A DNA stretch of 12,018 bases from an uncultured archaeon (GTDB lineage: Archaea; Asgardarchaeota; Lokiarchaeia; Sigyniarchaeales; SOKP01), in contig CAZGJX010000115.1 of NCBI GenBank assembly GCA_964525635.1, positions 1-12,018 of the forward strand. The letters are read 5' to 3'. Below the pieces are notes generated by a model. The model was not told where the DNA came from. It worked only from the letters and a program-made list of their open reading frames with translations, and did not search any database. Below are positions 1-8,271 of the stretch, piece by piece (position 1 is the stretch's first letter; each line of letters starts with the position of its first letter). The position numbers were made by a program, and so were the translations under genes.

Positions 1-77
1 TAATTGAATGCCAATTTTGCTAATCATTCAAAAAACTAAATATTTACAATTTTTTATATGTTTTTATTAAATCGATC

Positions 78-785
78 TTAATTCACGCTCCATGGTCCTT
101 TTGGAATAAATTGAACTTTATCTAAGAATATTTGTTTAATACTTAAAAGATCTGGTCTATAACCTGATCGTGAAGAACTTATAGATATGAATTCAGGGTA
201 TTTTTTCGATAAATCAGACATAAATTGTATAAATTCGTCCATATTATCAATATCTAAATGCTTGAAAAAAATATATGCTTCTTGGAAATTCATTGTAAAA
301 GGATAATTCGAAATTACTTTATCTGAATTATTTAGAAGAAAATTTAAGACTTTTGAGTAATTATTATTTGGAATATTTTCTAATTGTAAGAGATCTCTAT
401 CTAAATTTCTAAATAATGCTGAAAGAATATTTTTATTTAAGACTCCGACTGAAGTAAGAAAATCTTGAATCTTTCGAAAAGAAGCGTTTTTACATGCGTT
501 CACAAATGTAAAAATTAATATATCTATAAACTTTGGATTATCAATAAGATTAAATGATATATCTGGTCTAATCTGAGCACTTTCTTTATGAGTATTTTCT
601 TTTAAGCTAATAAAAAAGATATTAGCACGTCCTTTTTTACCAATAACTTCTATTTTTCCTTGATCCCTTAATTTTTTCACATGATAATTAATAGTGCTTT
701 TAGAAATATCTATTTTTTTGGATATTTGTTCTACTGTTAGTTTTTCTTCTGTTAATAGTTTTAATATTATTTCGGTATTATCCAA
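78..785 (-). CDS. Winged helix-turn-helix (ArsR/TrmB-like) DNA-binding protein with an uncharacterised C-terminal domain
   Basis: N-terminal IILKLL-TEEKLTVEQISKKIDISKSTINYHVKKLRDQGKIEVIG-KKGRANIF is a classic wHTH pattern. TTG start is preceded by purine-rich AAAGGAAG. Confidence 0.8.
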   Translation of the reverse strand: MDNTEIILKLLTEEKLTVEQISKKIDISKSTINYHVKKLRDQGKIEVIGKKGRANIFFISLKENTHKESAQIRPDISFNLIDNPKFIDILIFTFVNACKNASFRKIQDFLTSVGVLNKNILSALFRNLDRDLLQLENIPNNNYSKVLNFLLNNSDKVISNYPFTMNFQEAYIFFKHLDIDNMDEFIQFMSDLSKKYPEFISISSSRSGYRPDLLSIKQIFLDKVQFIPKGPWSVN

Positions 786-1079
786 ATCTATTACTTCCTT
801 TTAGAAATAATCTATTCTGTCTTAATTATAATAATGTATAATAGAAATTTAAAAATATTTGTTAAAGAAACATGATAAATAATATTGAAATGGATCTTAA
901 TAACAATCATTAACTCTAAAATATTTAAGAATTTTCATCCAAACTTATCACATTTATTAATTTTTTTGTCAATTATCCAAGATAAGCATTTCACCAAATC
1001 TTATATCATAATAATATTATTTTTTTATATATAGAAAATTCATTTTTGTAAATTTTATTTCTCAATAATCGAAGAGTAA

Positions 1080-1751
1080 TATTGTTTTTCTGAAAAATTA
1101 GCAAAAAAAATTAGAAAAATCATTGAATATATTATTGCAGTAAGGGATAAAGTTGATCCAAAAGGAGCAATTAATTTCTCAGAGAATTTTTACAAACTTC
1201 TTCTAATGGATGATACTATAGAGAATGCTTATAAATATGCTAAATAAAGATATATATCTTTTATGAAAAATAAAACAGAAAAAATGGGATCTTATGAAAT
1301 GGTCTATCCAGTAAAAAAAGATGATTATTTAAAATTTGGTATAATTGGTTCTGAAGAAAAAATAATCAAAAGTAGTATAATTCAAAAGAAAAGACTAATA
1401 GAAAAAGCAGAACTACATGGAAAAAATATAGAATTAATATCATTATTGAGAAATGATATAAGAAATTTAAAATATGATAAGATTTTAGAGAAAACTCATA
1501 TAAATGAAGAGGTTAGAAAAAAGATTCAGGTAAAAATTGACTCTCTAATAAAGATAACAACGGCAATTGATTCTCCACATAATAGATTACACTTAATTAG
1601 TAAAATAAATGAGCTGGATGCTGATTTCAATTCAAAATTTCCATACCAACCATTAATGGAAAAAATTATTAATGATATTGCACAAATATATAGATTTAGT
1701 ACGGCAGAAATGAATAAAAAGAAGGAAAAAAAGAAGAGAAAAAAAGGATAA
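1080..1751 (+). pseudogene. Degraded CHAT (caspase-like) domain gene; the 1263..1751 ORF is probably its remaining C-terminal part
   Basis: In frame with ORF 1263, positions 1080-1244 read YCFSEKLAKKIRKIIEYIIAVRDKVDPKGAINFSENFYKLLLMDDTIENAYKYAK, then TAA (1245-1247), then RYISF-MKNK...EMVYPVKK. This matches the C-terminal half of CHAT domains (C-x-S...yvI...i.D..Ai.F...FY..L....i..A...A......PV). The frame is also closed upstream by TAA at 1077-1079. Confidence 0.6.
1263..1751 (+). CDS. Hypothetical Lys-rich helical protein, possibly only a pseudogene remnant
   Basis: 162-aa ORF with a basic tail (KKKEKKKRKKG). No clear SD before the ATG, and it continues the interrupted CHAT-like frame. Confidence 0.4.
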   Translation: MKNKTEKMGSYEMVYPVKKDDYLKFGIIGSEEKIIKSSIIQKKRLIEKAELHGKNIELISLLRNDIRNLKYDKILEKTHINEEVRKKIQVKIDSLIKITTAIDSPHNRLHLISKINELDADFNSKFPYQPLMEKIINDIAQIYRFSTAEMNKKKEKKKRKKG

Positions 1752-2041
1752 TTGTTCTAAATGATATTTATAACCACTCATCCAAATTTTTATTACTTCT
1801 GGAAAATAGTTTTCTTCTATGTGATTCATACGATTTCAACTTAGTTAAAGTCATATAACATTAGAAATATAATTTTTTTCCCATTTTCAACGACTTATGT
1901 AAAAATTATTTAATTTAGAAAGTATTTTAAATCCTTGAGAATCCTACTTAGGATTATTTCTAAACACACGACTAAAATATCTTTCTATTAAGTTTATTAT
2001 TTTAATTATATTTTAGTTAAAGTAAGTTATCTATTAGGTAT

Positions 2042-3298
2042 TTAGTAATTAAAGAATTCAGATAATAATTTAGGGTATTTCTTAATAAAGAAACTTAAAT
2101 CCTCACTATCCCAAATTTCTATTAAATTATTGTTTTGTTCCTGCAACTCATCTCCAGTATTTCTAAGATCATCAGAAGCATTTTTTGAGATACATACTAT
2201 ATAACCTTCAGCATTATATTTTTCTAATTCTGGTTTTACTTTTAAAAACTCATCATTCAGATCTTTTCGACTAAAATTTTTATCGCGTTTTGCCTGAACA
2301 ATCCAATTCCGATTGGAATCTACTTTTACTGCTAAAATATCTTTCCCTTTTTCTTTCCCTGCAGCTCCTCGCCACTGAACTTTAGTCCAATCTTTATTTG
2401 ATTTAAGAATCCATAATATTAATCGTTCAAATTCACGAGGAGAAATTGAAGAGTATGGTAATTCCCTTGGTTTAGTAATATTTTCGGATTCTATTTTTTT
2501 GATGAACATTAATTCAATATATTTAGTACTAATCCAATCTCTAAGTATTGAATCTTTAATCAAACTATTATTTTTAGTAAAAATTTTTTCCCTTTTATCA
2601 TAAATAATTGGGGATAATATTTTAAGAGCAAGTCTATAATCATTTAATCCTCCATATTTCATAATTAATAAAGCTATGCCTAATTCTATACCTAATCTCT
2701 GATCCTGAAAACTAAAAACATCAATTGGAAGACTTCCTAAAGAAATAAATTGAATTAGATTGTTTATTAATTCAGAAGAGCTTGAATTTTCAAAATTTTT
2801 CTCAAGATTTTTGAGATAGGTTAGCAATTCTTCTTTTCCTTTCCAAAGTAAAAAAGAAATTCCCAATACAAATTCGAGATGGAAATCCGTGTTCCATTTC
2901 GATATTATATCTTTAATTTGCCCCCATTTAACATCTAATATGTAGATTAGCTGATTTTTTATTTCCTTATTGAAAAAATGGATTGTATCAAACCAAAAAT
3001 AGAGAAATAAATTATAATTCAACCAGAAATAGACTTCATTCCAATTATCAAGCTCTTTTAAATCACTCAGTAAATCTAAAATATCTTCGAATATGTCTTC
3101 AAAAAGCGGTAATTCATTATTTTCAAGCACATTATCTTCGGGGAAGATGTCACTTTCTAAAATTTTCTTTGTTAAAACCAATATCTTTTTTGATTGAAAT
3201 TCTTCTAATATAAGACTATATTTAAAAATTTGATTGATACTTTCTTTAAAATCTATAAATAAGTCTTTATAACATTCATAGGAACCAGGGTGTCTCAT
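2042..3298 (-). CDS. Protein with an N-terminal helical domain and a C-terminal Mrr-like (PD-(D/E)xK, QxK-type) restriction endonuclease domain
   Basis: C-terminal motifs ISPREFERLILWIL, GAAGKEKGKDILA, WIVQAKR, GYIVCIS and IEIWDSEDL match Mrr_cat. SD-like GGGGGG lies 6 nt before the ATG. Overlaps the pAgo 3' end by 23 bp. Confidence 0.85.
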   Translation of the reverse strand: MRHPGSYECYKDLFIDFKESINQIFKYSLILEEFQSKKILVLTKKILESDIFPEDNVLENNELPLFEDIFEDILDLLSDLKELDNWNEVYFWLNYNLFLYFWFDTIHFFNKEIKNQLIYILDVKWGQIKDIISKWNTDFHLEFVLGISFLLWKGKEELLTYLKNLEKNFENSSSSELINNLIQFISLGSLPIDVFSFQDQRLGIELGIALLIMKYGGLNDYRLALKILSPIIYDKREKIFTKNNSLIKDSILRDWISTKYIELMFIKKIESENITKPRELPYSSISPREFERLILWILKSNKDWTKVQWRGAAGKEKGKDILAVKVDSNRNWIVQAKRDKNFSRKDLNDEFLKVKPELEKYNAEGYIVCISKNASDDLRNTGDELQEQNNNLIEIWDSEDLSFFIKKYPKLLSEFFNY

Positions 3299-5564
3299 TT
3301 AAATCCCCCCTTGGAATTATATTATTTTTAGAATATTGTGCAATAATTAGAGCATATTGAAGCGTAATTGGATAATTAGAAGGTATAAAGGTAGTATGTC
3401 TCCAATTCATCCTGGAGAGCGCCATTATATCATAACCCGCATCATGAGGTTTAGCATATACATTTTTATCCCTCATTATAGTAATTTTAAAAGCTTTAGG
3501 AATAGATTTTGGATTGAACGGTTTTGAATATGTACCTTGATAATAACTAGCAAATCCTTGAGGAAATAATAGCCCAGACTTTTCATTGAGATTAATCCAT
3601 GTCCCTCTATTAACTGCTTTTTCATTATAATTCCATTTTAAAGGATGTTCAGATATTGAAATTAGGGCCCCCGCAGAATATTTTGAAGTGTTAAAGCACT
3701 CCAAGAATTCATCAGCCTCTTCCGAAGAGACCGAACCTAGTCGATGAACTACAACCGCTCCAGGACTTTCTTGATGATAGCCTGTTTTGTTAATTAATTT
3801 ATTAGCGTCAGAGAATAATTTTTTAATATCTTCAGAAGGGATTTTCAGACCTTCATACATTCGAGTAAAACCATGGCTTTTAAGAATGAATTTATAATTC
3901 TCCCCAATATTATCAATTGGTATAGATCTAGTTTTAAATCCTAGATATTTTCCATTCCCAGAAAAAACTGTTGCAATACCAAGTACAAATTGATTCCTAC
4001 CATTTTCTCTTTGTCTTGCAAATCGTAATCCTATTATAGTATCTATAGGTGTTCCATTTTTAGCATAATTTGCTTCAATTTGCCAAGGAATTCCCCCCAC
4101 TTTTGAGAAAATCGCTGAAGATGAGCTCCACAGGGGAAGTGATTTATAATTCCCAAAGAATTGACTAAAATTAGTAATTATTTGGTTTGGATAACCTAGA
4201 TATGTGAGGTTTTCTTTAAAATATTTATAATATGGTGTGAATTTTCCCCATTCTTTTTGAGCATTTTCCTTGAACCCAATTAAAAAGAAAGGATTGATCC
4301 TATTTCCTAATTTAAATTTAATTGGTAGATTTGGAACATCATTTTTTACTTCATTCAATATATCTGTAATTTTCCTTTCAAATTCCAATTTAGATAAATT
4401 TAAGGGTAGTTCCTTCGGATTTCTTAAATTGATTTTCAAATTAAATCTCCGTAATAATCCAGGAAAATCATAAATACCTGATCCAGTTCCAGAAATAATA
4501 TAACTTGCAATTTTTGAAATTTTATCCTTAATATATGGTTGATTATCCGGATATAAAGGTATAAAAACTATTGTAGCTCCGGGAGTTTGAAATGGACCAT
4601 ATTGGTTTAATAAATATAATGGTGTATTATTTGGTACTTTTTTTTCTCCTCCAACCCATAATGGTGGCTCATCTAGGACACCGTATTCGATTTTTGAAGG
4701 AATGATTGGTAAAATATATTCTATTAATTCATTATCAATTATATTGAGGTTTTCTTCTTCAATGATTTCATAAATCTCTTCTTCCAATTCTTCGGGAAAA
4801 ATAAAGTCATCAATATATTCTTTTAATTTCTTTTTCTTGGGTTTCTTAATCCGATCTAAATCCTTTAACGGTATTAATTTTAATAATTCCATTTTTTTTT
4901 CCAAAAAAATTGTTAAATTTCCAAAGGTAATTGTTATACTATTTCCTATTAATTCCGTTAATAAGGAATTTAATTCATTGAAATAACTGGAAGTATTTAA
5001 TTGAGATAATCGTTGTAATTCTGTTGGGCTACCTTTTACGTTTCCTTTAATCCTTATAATCCTGCTACATATAAAAGAAACTGTTAAGCTCTCACCTTTT
5101 TTAATTAGTGAAGGAATAAACTGAATACCTTCAAAAACTTTGTAGAAATTGGTAGTGAAAATAGGTTCCTCTTTTAAAAAATCTCTCTTAAATCGAAGTC
5201 CTACTTCTTTTGCGTTTACAAATGTTTTAGTTTTATTAGATTTCAAAATAGAATATTTAAGAGAAGAAAATAAGGCATGAATAAATTGATTTTGACTTTC
5301 TTCATTTTCATTCCATCTAAAAATATCATCAGTAAATATAGAATCCAAATTTAGACCATTTTTTAAAAACGGAGGAGGAATGTGTCTATTATTTTCATCA
5401 ATCGATAAGAATCCAAGCTTTTTTCCTAATGTTAATACATTCCAACCGATATCAAAATATATTCTCCTTATTAATTTCAATTTAATATTTAGATTATCTC
5501 TATCTGTAGTGTAAATTTTTATTTCATCTGATAATTCTTTATTAGATTTAATTATATTAAACAT
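3276..5564 (-). CDS. ago: Prokaryotic Argonaute (PIWI-domain protein), catalytically inactive; probable start is the ATG at 5564 (ORF track uses 5576)
   Basis: Motifs: LDEPPLWVGG...LLNQYGPF and FPGL...F (entry to MID); MID Y-x3-K...GYPNQII...SKVGGIPWQI; PIWI TIIGLRF, VVVHRLG, ALSRMNW and YPITLQYA. The catalytic Asp positions are replaced (G-L-R instead of G-x-D; H-R-L instead of H-R-D). GGTG SD-like motif upstream of ATG 5564. Confidence 0.9.
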   Translation of the reverse strand: MFNIIKSNKELSDEIKIYTTDRDNLNIKLKLIRRIYFDIGWNVLTLGKKLGFLSIDENNRHIPPPFLKNGLNLDSIFTDDIFRWNENEESQNQFIHALFSSLKYSILKSNKTKTFVNAKEVGLRFKRDFLKEEPIFTTNFYKVFEGIQFIPSLIKKGESLTVSFICSRIIRIKGNVKGSPTELQRLSQLNTSSYFNELNSLLTELIGNSITITFGNLTIFLEKKMELLKLIPLKDLDRIKKPKKKKLKEYIDDFIFPEELEEEIYEIIEEENLNIIDNELIEYILPIIPSKIEYGVLDEPPLWVGGEKKVPNNTPLYLLNQYGPFQTPGATIVFIPLYPDNQPYIKDKISKIASYIISGTGSGIYDFPGLLRRFNLKINLRNPKELPLNLSKLEFERKITDILNEVKNDVPNLPIKFKLGNRINPFFLIGFKENAQKEWGKFTPYYKYFKENLTYLGYPNQIITNFSQFFGNYKSLPLWSSSSAIFSKVGGIPWQIEANYAKNGTPIDTIIGLRFARQRENGRNQFVLGIATVFSGNGKYLGFKTRSIPIDNIGENYKFILKSHGFTRMYEGLKIPSEDIKKLFSDANKLINKTGYHQESPGAVVVHRLGSVSSEEADEFLECFNTSKYSAGALISISEHPLKWNYNEKAVNRGTWINLNEKSGLLFPQGFASYYQGTYSKPFNPKSIPKAFKITIMRDKNVYAKPHDAGYDIMALSRMNWRHTTFIPSNYPITLQYALIIAQYSKNNIIPRGDLNETPWFL

Positions 5565-5615
5565 ATTCAGCACCATTAACTATAATTTCAATACTCTTTA
5601 AAAATTCAAATATTT

Positions 5616-7520
5616 TCACAATTTATATTTTTTAATGCTAGGAAGAGATATTATATTTACATCTTCTGATTTTACATATTGACGAGTAAGAGATTCCTCG
5701 AATGTTGTGATGATTAATTGATTTATTAATCCTTTTTTATGAATATCAATGAGATAATTAATTATATTAATTCTATTCTCCAAATTGAGATGTTCTAGTG
5801 GTTCGTCTAATATAAGAAATGGTATTTTTGTATATTTCTTCAAGAGTAGAGTTTTTATTAGTATCATTAAAATCATTTTCTCACCAGCACTTACATTCAA
5901 AAAAGGTATTTCATTACCTGCTTTTTTAAAATAAGGATAATATTTGTTATTAATTGAAAGGATTCTCTCCTCATACGGGAAAAAAGCCCCCCAGATTTCT
6001 TGAATATCTGTGATTAAATCATTTAAATTAATATTTCTCTCCTTTTCTAAGATATCATCTATAGCTTCTATTGTTATATCACAAATTAAAGATCCTTTAA
6101 TACTATCTTTATATTTTTTTTCATATCTCAATGCATCTCTCACTTTTTCAGCAGCTTTATACTCTCGAAGAGATTGGTCAATGTCATTTAATTCTCGTTC
6201 TTTTTTATCTTTTTCAAACCTAAGATTTTTTGATCTCTGTTCCTCTATTTCTATTTTTTTATCAATTTCTTTCATTGAATTTCTTATCCTCTCTAGGTTA
6301 TCCTCATCAAAATTAGATAGTATTTCTAATAAATCAATCAATTCTTTAAGATTATTAACTTTACTTTTTAATAGTTTTACCTTAATTTCTTTCTTTTGAA
6401 TAATCTCTTGAACTCTATATATTTCTTCTTCTAATCTAGAAATCTCATTAATATTATCTTTATGAATCTTAATGAATTCATCTTTCAGCAAGGATTTCTT
6501 ACATAAAGGACAAAAAATTTCTATATTCCCTCGATAATTTATTTCTAACTTATTAATAATCTCTTTGATTTTCTTTCTTTCTGTTAGTTTAATATTATTC
6601 TCAATTCTTTGTTCTTTTAACTTTTGAATCTTAATCTCGATTAATTTAATTTCCTCAACGAAGTCCTTATTTTTATGGCAAATCTGTTTGATATTACTAA
6701 TTAATTGCTGTAGATTTAGTTGCTTAAATCCTATCTCTGAAAATAATTCTGTATTTTGTTTATAAAACTCTTCTATTTTCGATGAAGTTTTATTATAATC
6801 ATAATTTTCACTAAAGTCAATATCCTTAATTTTTCTAAATTTTGATAGTTCAATTTCTATTCTGTTTCTTTCTATCTTTATAGAGTCTAATTTTTGTTTT
6901 AAAATTTCCCTCTTTTTTTCTAGTTCGAATTTATCTCCAATATCTTCTTTCATTTCAAACTTTTTAAGAGCCTCTATTAATTTTTTGTTATCATCTCGTC
7001 TATTATTAAAAACTCTATTTAAATTTCTTATTAAATTTTTAAAATCATTAATCTTACCAATCCCTATTAATTGTTCCAAATAATTTAATAATTGATTTTG
7101 ATTTAATTTAAGGAATTTATAAGTTTCGCCTTCAGAAGAATATAGTATATTTTCAAGAAATACTTTATCTGAACTAAAAATCTTTTCAATAAATTCAAGA
7201 ATTGAATCCTCATTCGTAAGTTCTAGATCTTTTCCTTCTAATTTTGATTTTGAGACACTATTAAATTCTCTTGTAATTTGATATTGATCATTATTTTGCT
7301 TAAAATTCAGAATGACTTTAGTTTCTTCTGTAGAATCGATGTTAATAAATTCTTTTTTATTTTTGGTTCTGACGCGTCCAATTAAACAAAAAACAATAGC
7401 TTCCAATACAGAAGTTTTACCAATTCCATTAAAGCCTATAATAAAATTCACGCCTTTTTTAAAAGTCAAGGATAATTTAGAATGACATTTCCAGTTTTTA
7501 AGAATAATTTCATTTATCAA
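5616..7520 (-). CDS. Short Rad50/SbcC-like SMC-family ABC ATPase with zinc hook; probable TTG start at 7520 (ORF track uses ATG 7535)
   Basis: INEIILKNWKCH N-terminus, Walker A GFNGIGKTS, coiled coils flanking a CPLC hook (6501-6512), signature VSAGE (5880-5894), Walker B FLILDEP (DEP at 5799-5807). GAGGAGG lies 6 nt upstream of TTG 7520. Confidence 0.9.
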   Translation of the reverse strand: MINEIILKNWKCHSKLSLTFKKGVNFIIGFNGIGKTSVLEAIVFCLIGRVRTKNKKEFINIDSTEETKVILNFKQNNDQYQITREFNSVSKSKLEGKDLELTNEDSILEFIEKIFSSDKVFLENILYSSEGETYKFLKLNQNQLLNYLEQLIGIGKINDFKNLIRNLNRVFNNRRDDNKKLIEALKKFEMKEDIGDKFELEKKREILKQKLDSIKIERNRIEIELSKFRKIKDIDFSENYDYNKTSSKIEEFYKQNTELFSEIGFKQLNLQQLISNIKQICHKNKDFVEEIKLIEIKIQKLKEQRIENNIKLTERKKIKEIINKLEINYRGNIEIFCPLCKKSLLKDEFIKIHKDNINEISRLEEEIYRVQEIIQKKEIKVKLLKSKVNNLKELIDLLEILSNFDEDNLERIRNSMKEIDKKIEIEEQRSKNLRFEKDKKERELNDIDQSLREYKAAEKVRDALRYEKKYKDSIKGSLICDITIEAIDDILEKERNINLNDLITDIQEIWGAFFPYEERILSINNKYYPYFKKAGNEIPFLNVSAGEKMILMILIKTLLLKKYTKIPFLILDEPLEHLNLENRINIINYLIDIHKKGLINQLIITTFEESLTRQYVKSEDVNIISLPSIKKYKL

Positions 7521-8271
7521 ATTTTTCCTCCTCATATACTTTTAATCTTTTTATAATATCATCTAAATCAGTAATATCGATTTCTTCTTTCATATATTTT
7601 CTAAAAAGAAGAAAAATGGGTTCGATTTCTTTAATAGCTAACTCTTGCATTAGATCTCTTTTTTCACCTCGAAAGGATCTTGTTTTATAATATGTGAATT
7701 TATCTTTTAAGCTTTGATTAAAATCCTCTATTATTTTAGGCTTTTTCATTTCTTTAATATCTTTAATCGGGGTTTTAATTACCTTTAAGAATTTCTCTCT
7801 CGTCTCTACTTCCCCGTTTATTAATTCTTTTAGAGGTTGACGCTCTTTTTCTATGGTTTCTAGGATTTCCTTATGTTCTCCATATAATTGTTCTCTCTCT
7901 AATTTAACTGCGCTTAATTCTTTATTATTCCATACAATTATAATTCCTACTTGAGATGGATTCTCTAAAAATATTGTTTTGTATTCATCTAACTCCTTAT
8001 CTGTTAGGTTGTTTTCTTCAGAATTAATAACAAAAAGTAGGAATTCTCTGGAATTAATTAATATAATAAAACTAAATGGGAGAATTTTAAATGACTCTGG
8101 AAAATCATGAGGTGGATTAACCTCTTTCACTTTTAATTTTTCATTTGATCTTAAAAAATCATCTAATTTTCTAAAAAAAATAATAAATTTATTCATCTCC
8201 TCATAATCATCCAAGAAATACCCCTCTAAATTAATGAGTTCATCTGGATATTCAGAATCTTTCTCCCCCAT
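7510..8271 (-). CDS. Hypothetical protein; possible inactive restriction-endonuclease-like alpha/beta fold plus a helical C-terminus
   Basis: 253-aa ORF. Its ATG overlaps the upstream stop (TAATG), a GGAGG SD is present, and its stop overlaps the start region of the SMC gene. Beta-strand pattern PFSFIILI...FLLFVIN...VGIIIVWN. Confidence 0.75.
   Translation of the reverse strand: MGEKDSEYPDELINLEGYFLDDYEEMNKFIIFFRKLDDFLRSNEKLKVKEVNPPHDFPESFKILPFSFIILINSREFLLFVINSEENNLTDKELDEYKTIFLENPSQVGIIIVWNNKELSAVKLEREQLYGEHKEILETIEKERQPLKELINGEVETREKFLKVIKTPIKDIKEMKKPKIIEDFNQSLKDKFTYYKTRSFRGEKRDLMQELAIKEIEPIFLLFRKYMKEEIDITDLDDIIKRLKVYEEEKFDK

Noticed and set aside
1-27. Possible start of a minus-strand gene (MISKIGIQL...) running off the left edge
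   Set aside because: Only 9 codons are visible and there is no SD, so it cannot be supported.
778-1000. Recurring (A)TCCAA(A)-like words in the divergent region upstream of the wHTH gene
   Set aside because: Short, irregularly spaced and degenerate; not distinguishable from chance.
2983-3213. 76-aa plus-strand ORF
   Set aside because: Antisense to the well-supported Mrr-domain gene, with no motifs; a shadow ORF.
4270-4473. 67-aa plus-strand ORF
   Set aside because: Antisense within the Argonaute gene; a shadow ORF.
4821-4850. KKPKKKK resembling a eukaryotic nuclear localisation signal
   Set aside because: Operon structure and SD motifs are prokaryotic, and poly-Lys is common in AT-rich genomes.
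6010-6399. 129-aa plus-strand Ser/Phe/Leu/Ile-rich ORF
   Set aside because: Typical antisense read of a Lys/Glu-rich coiled-coil region.
5616-7535. Calling the SMC gene housekeeping rad50/sbcC, or lmuB
   Set aside because: No Mre11/SbcD neighbour, short arms and atypical motifs; assignment to Lamassu needs profile searches, so no gene symbol is given.
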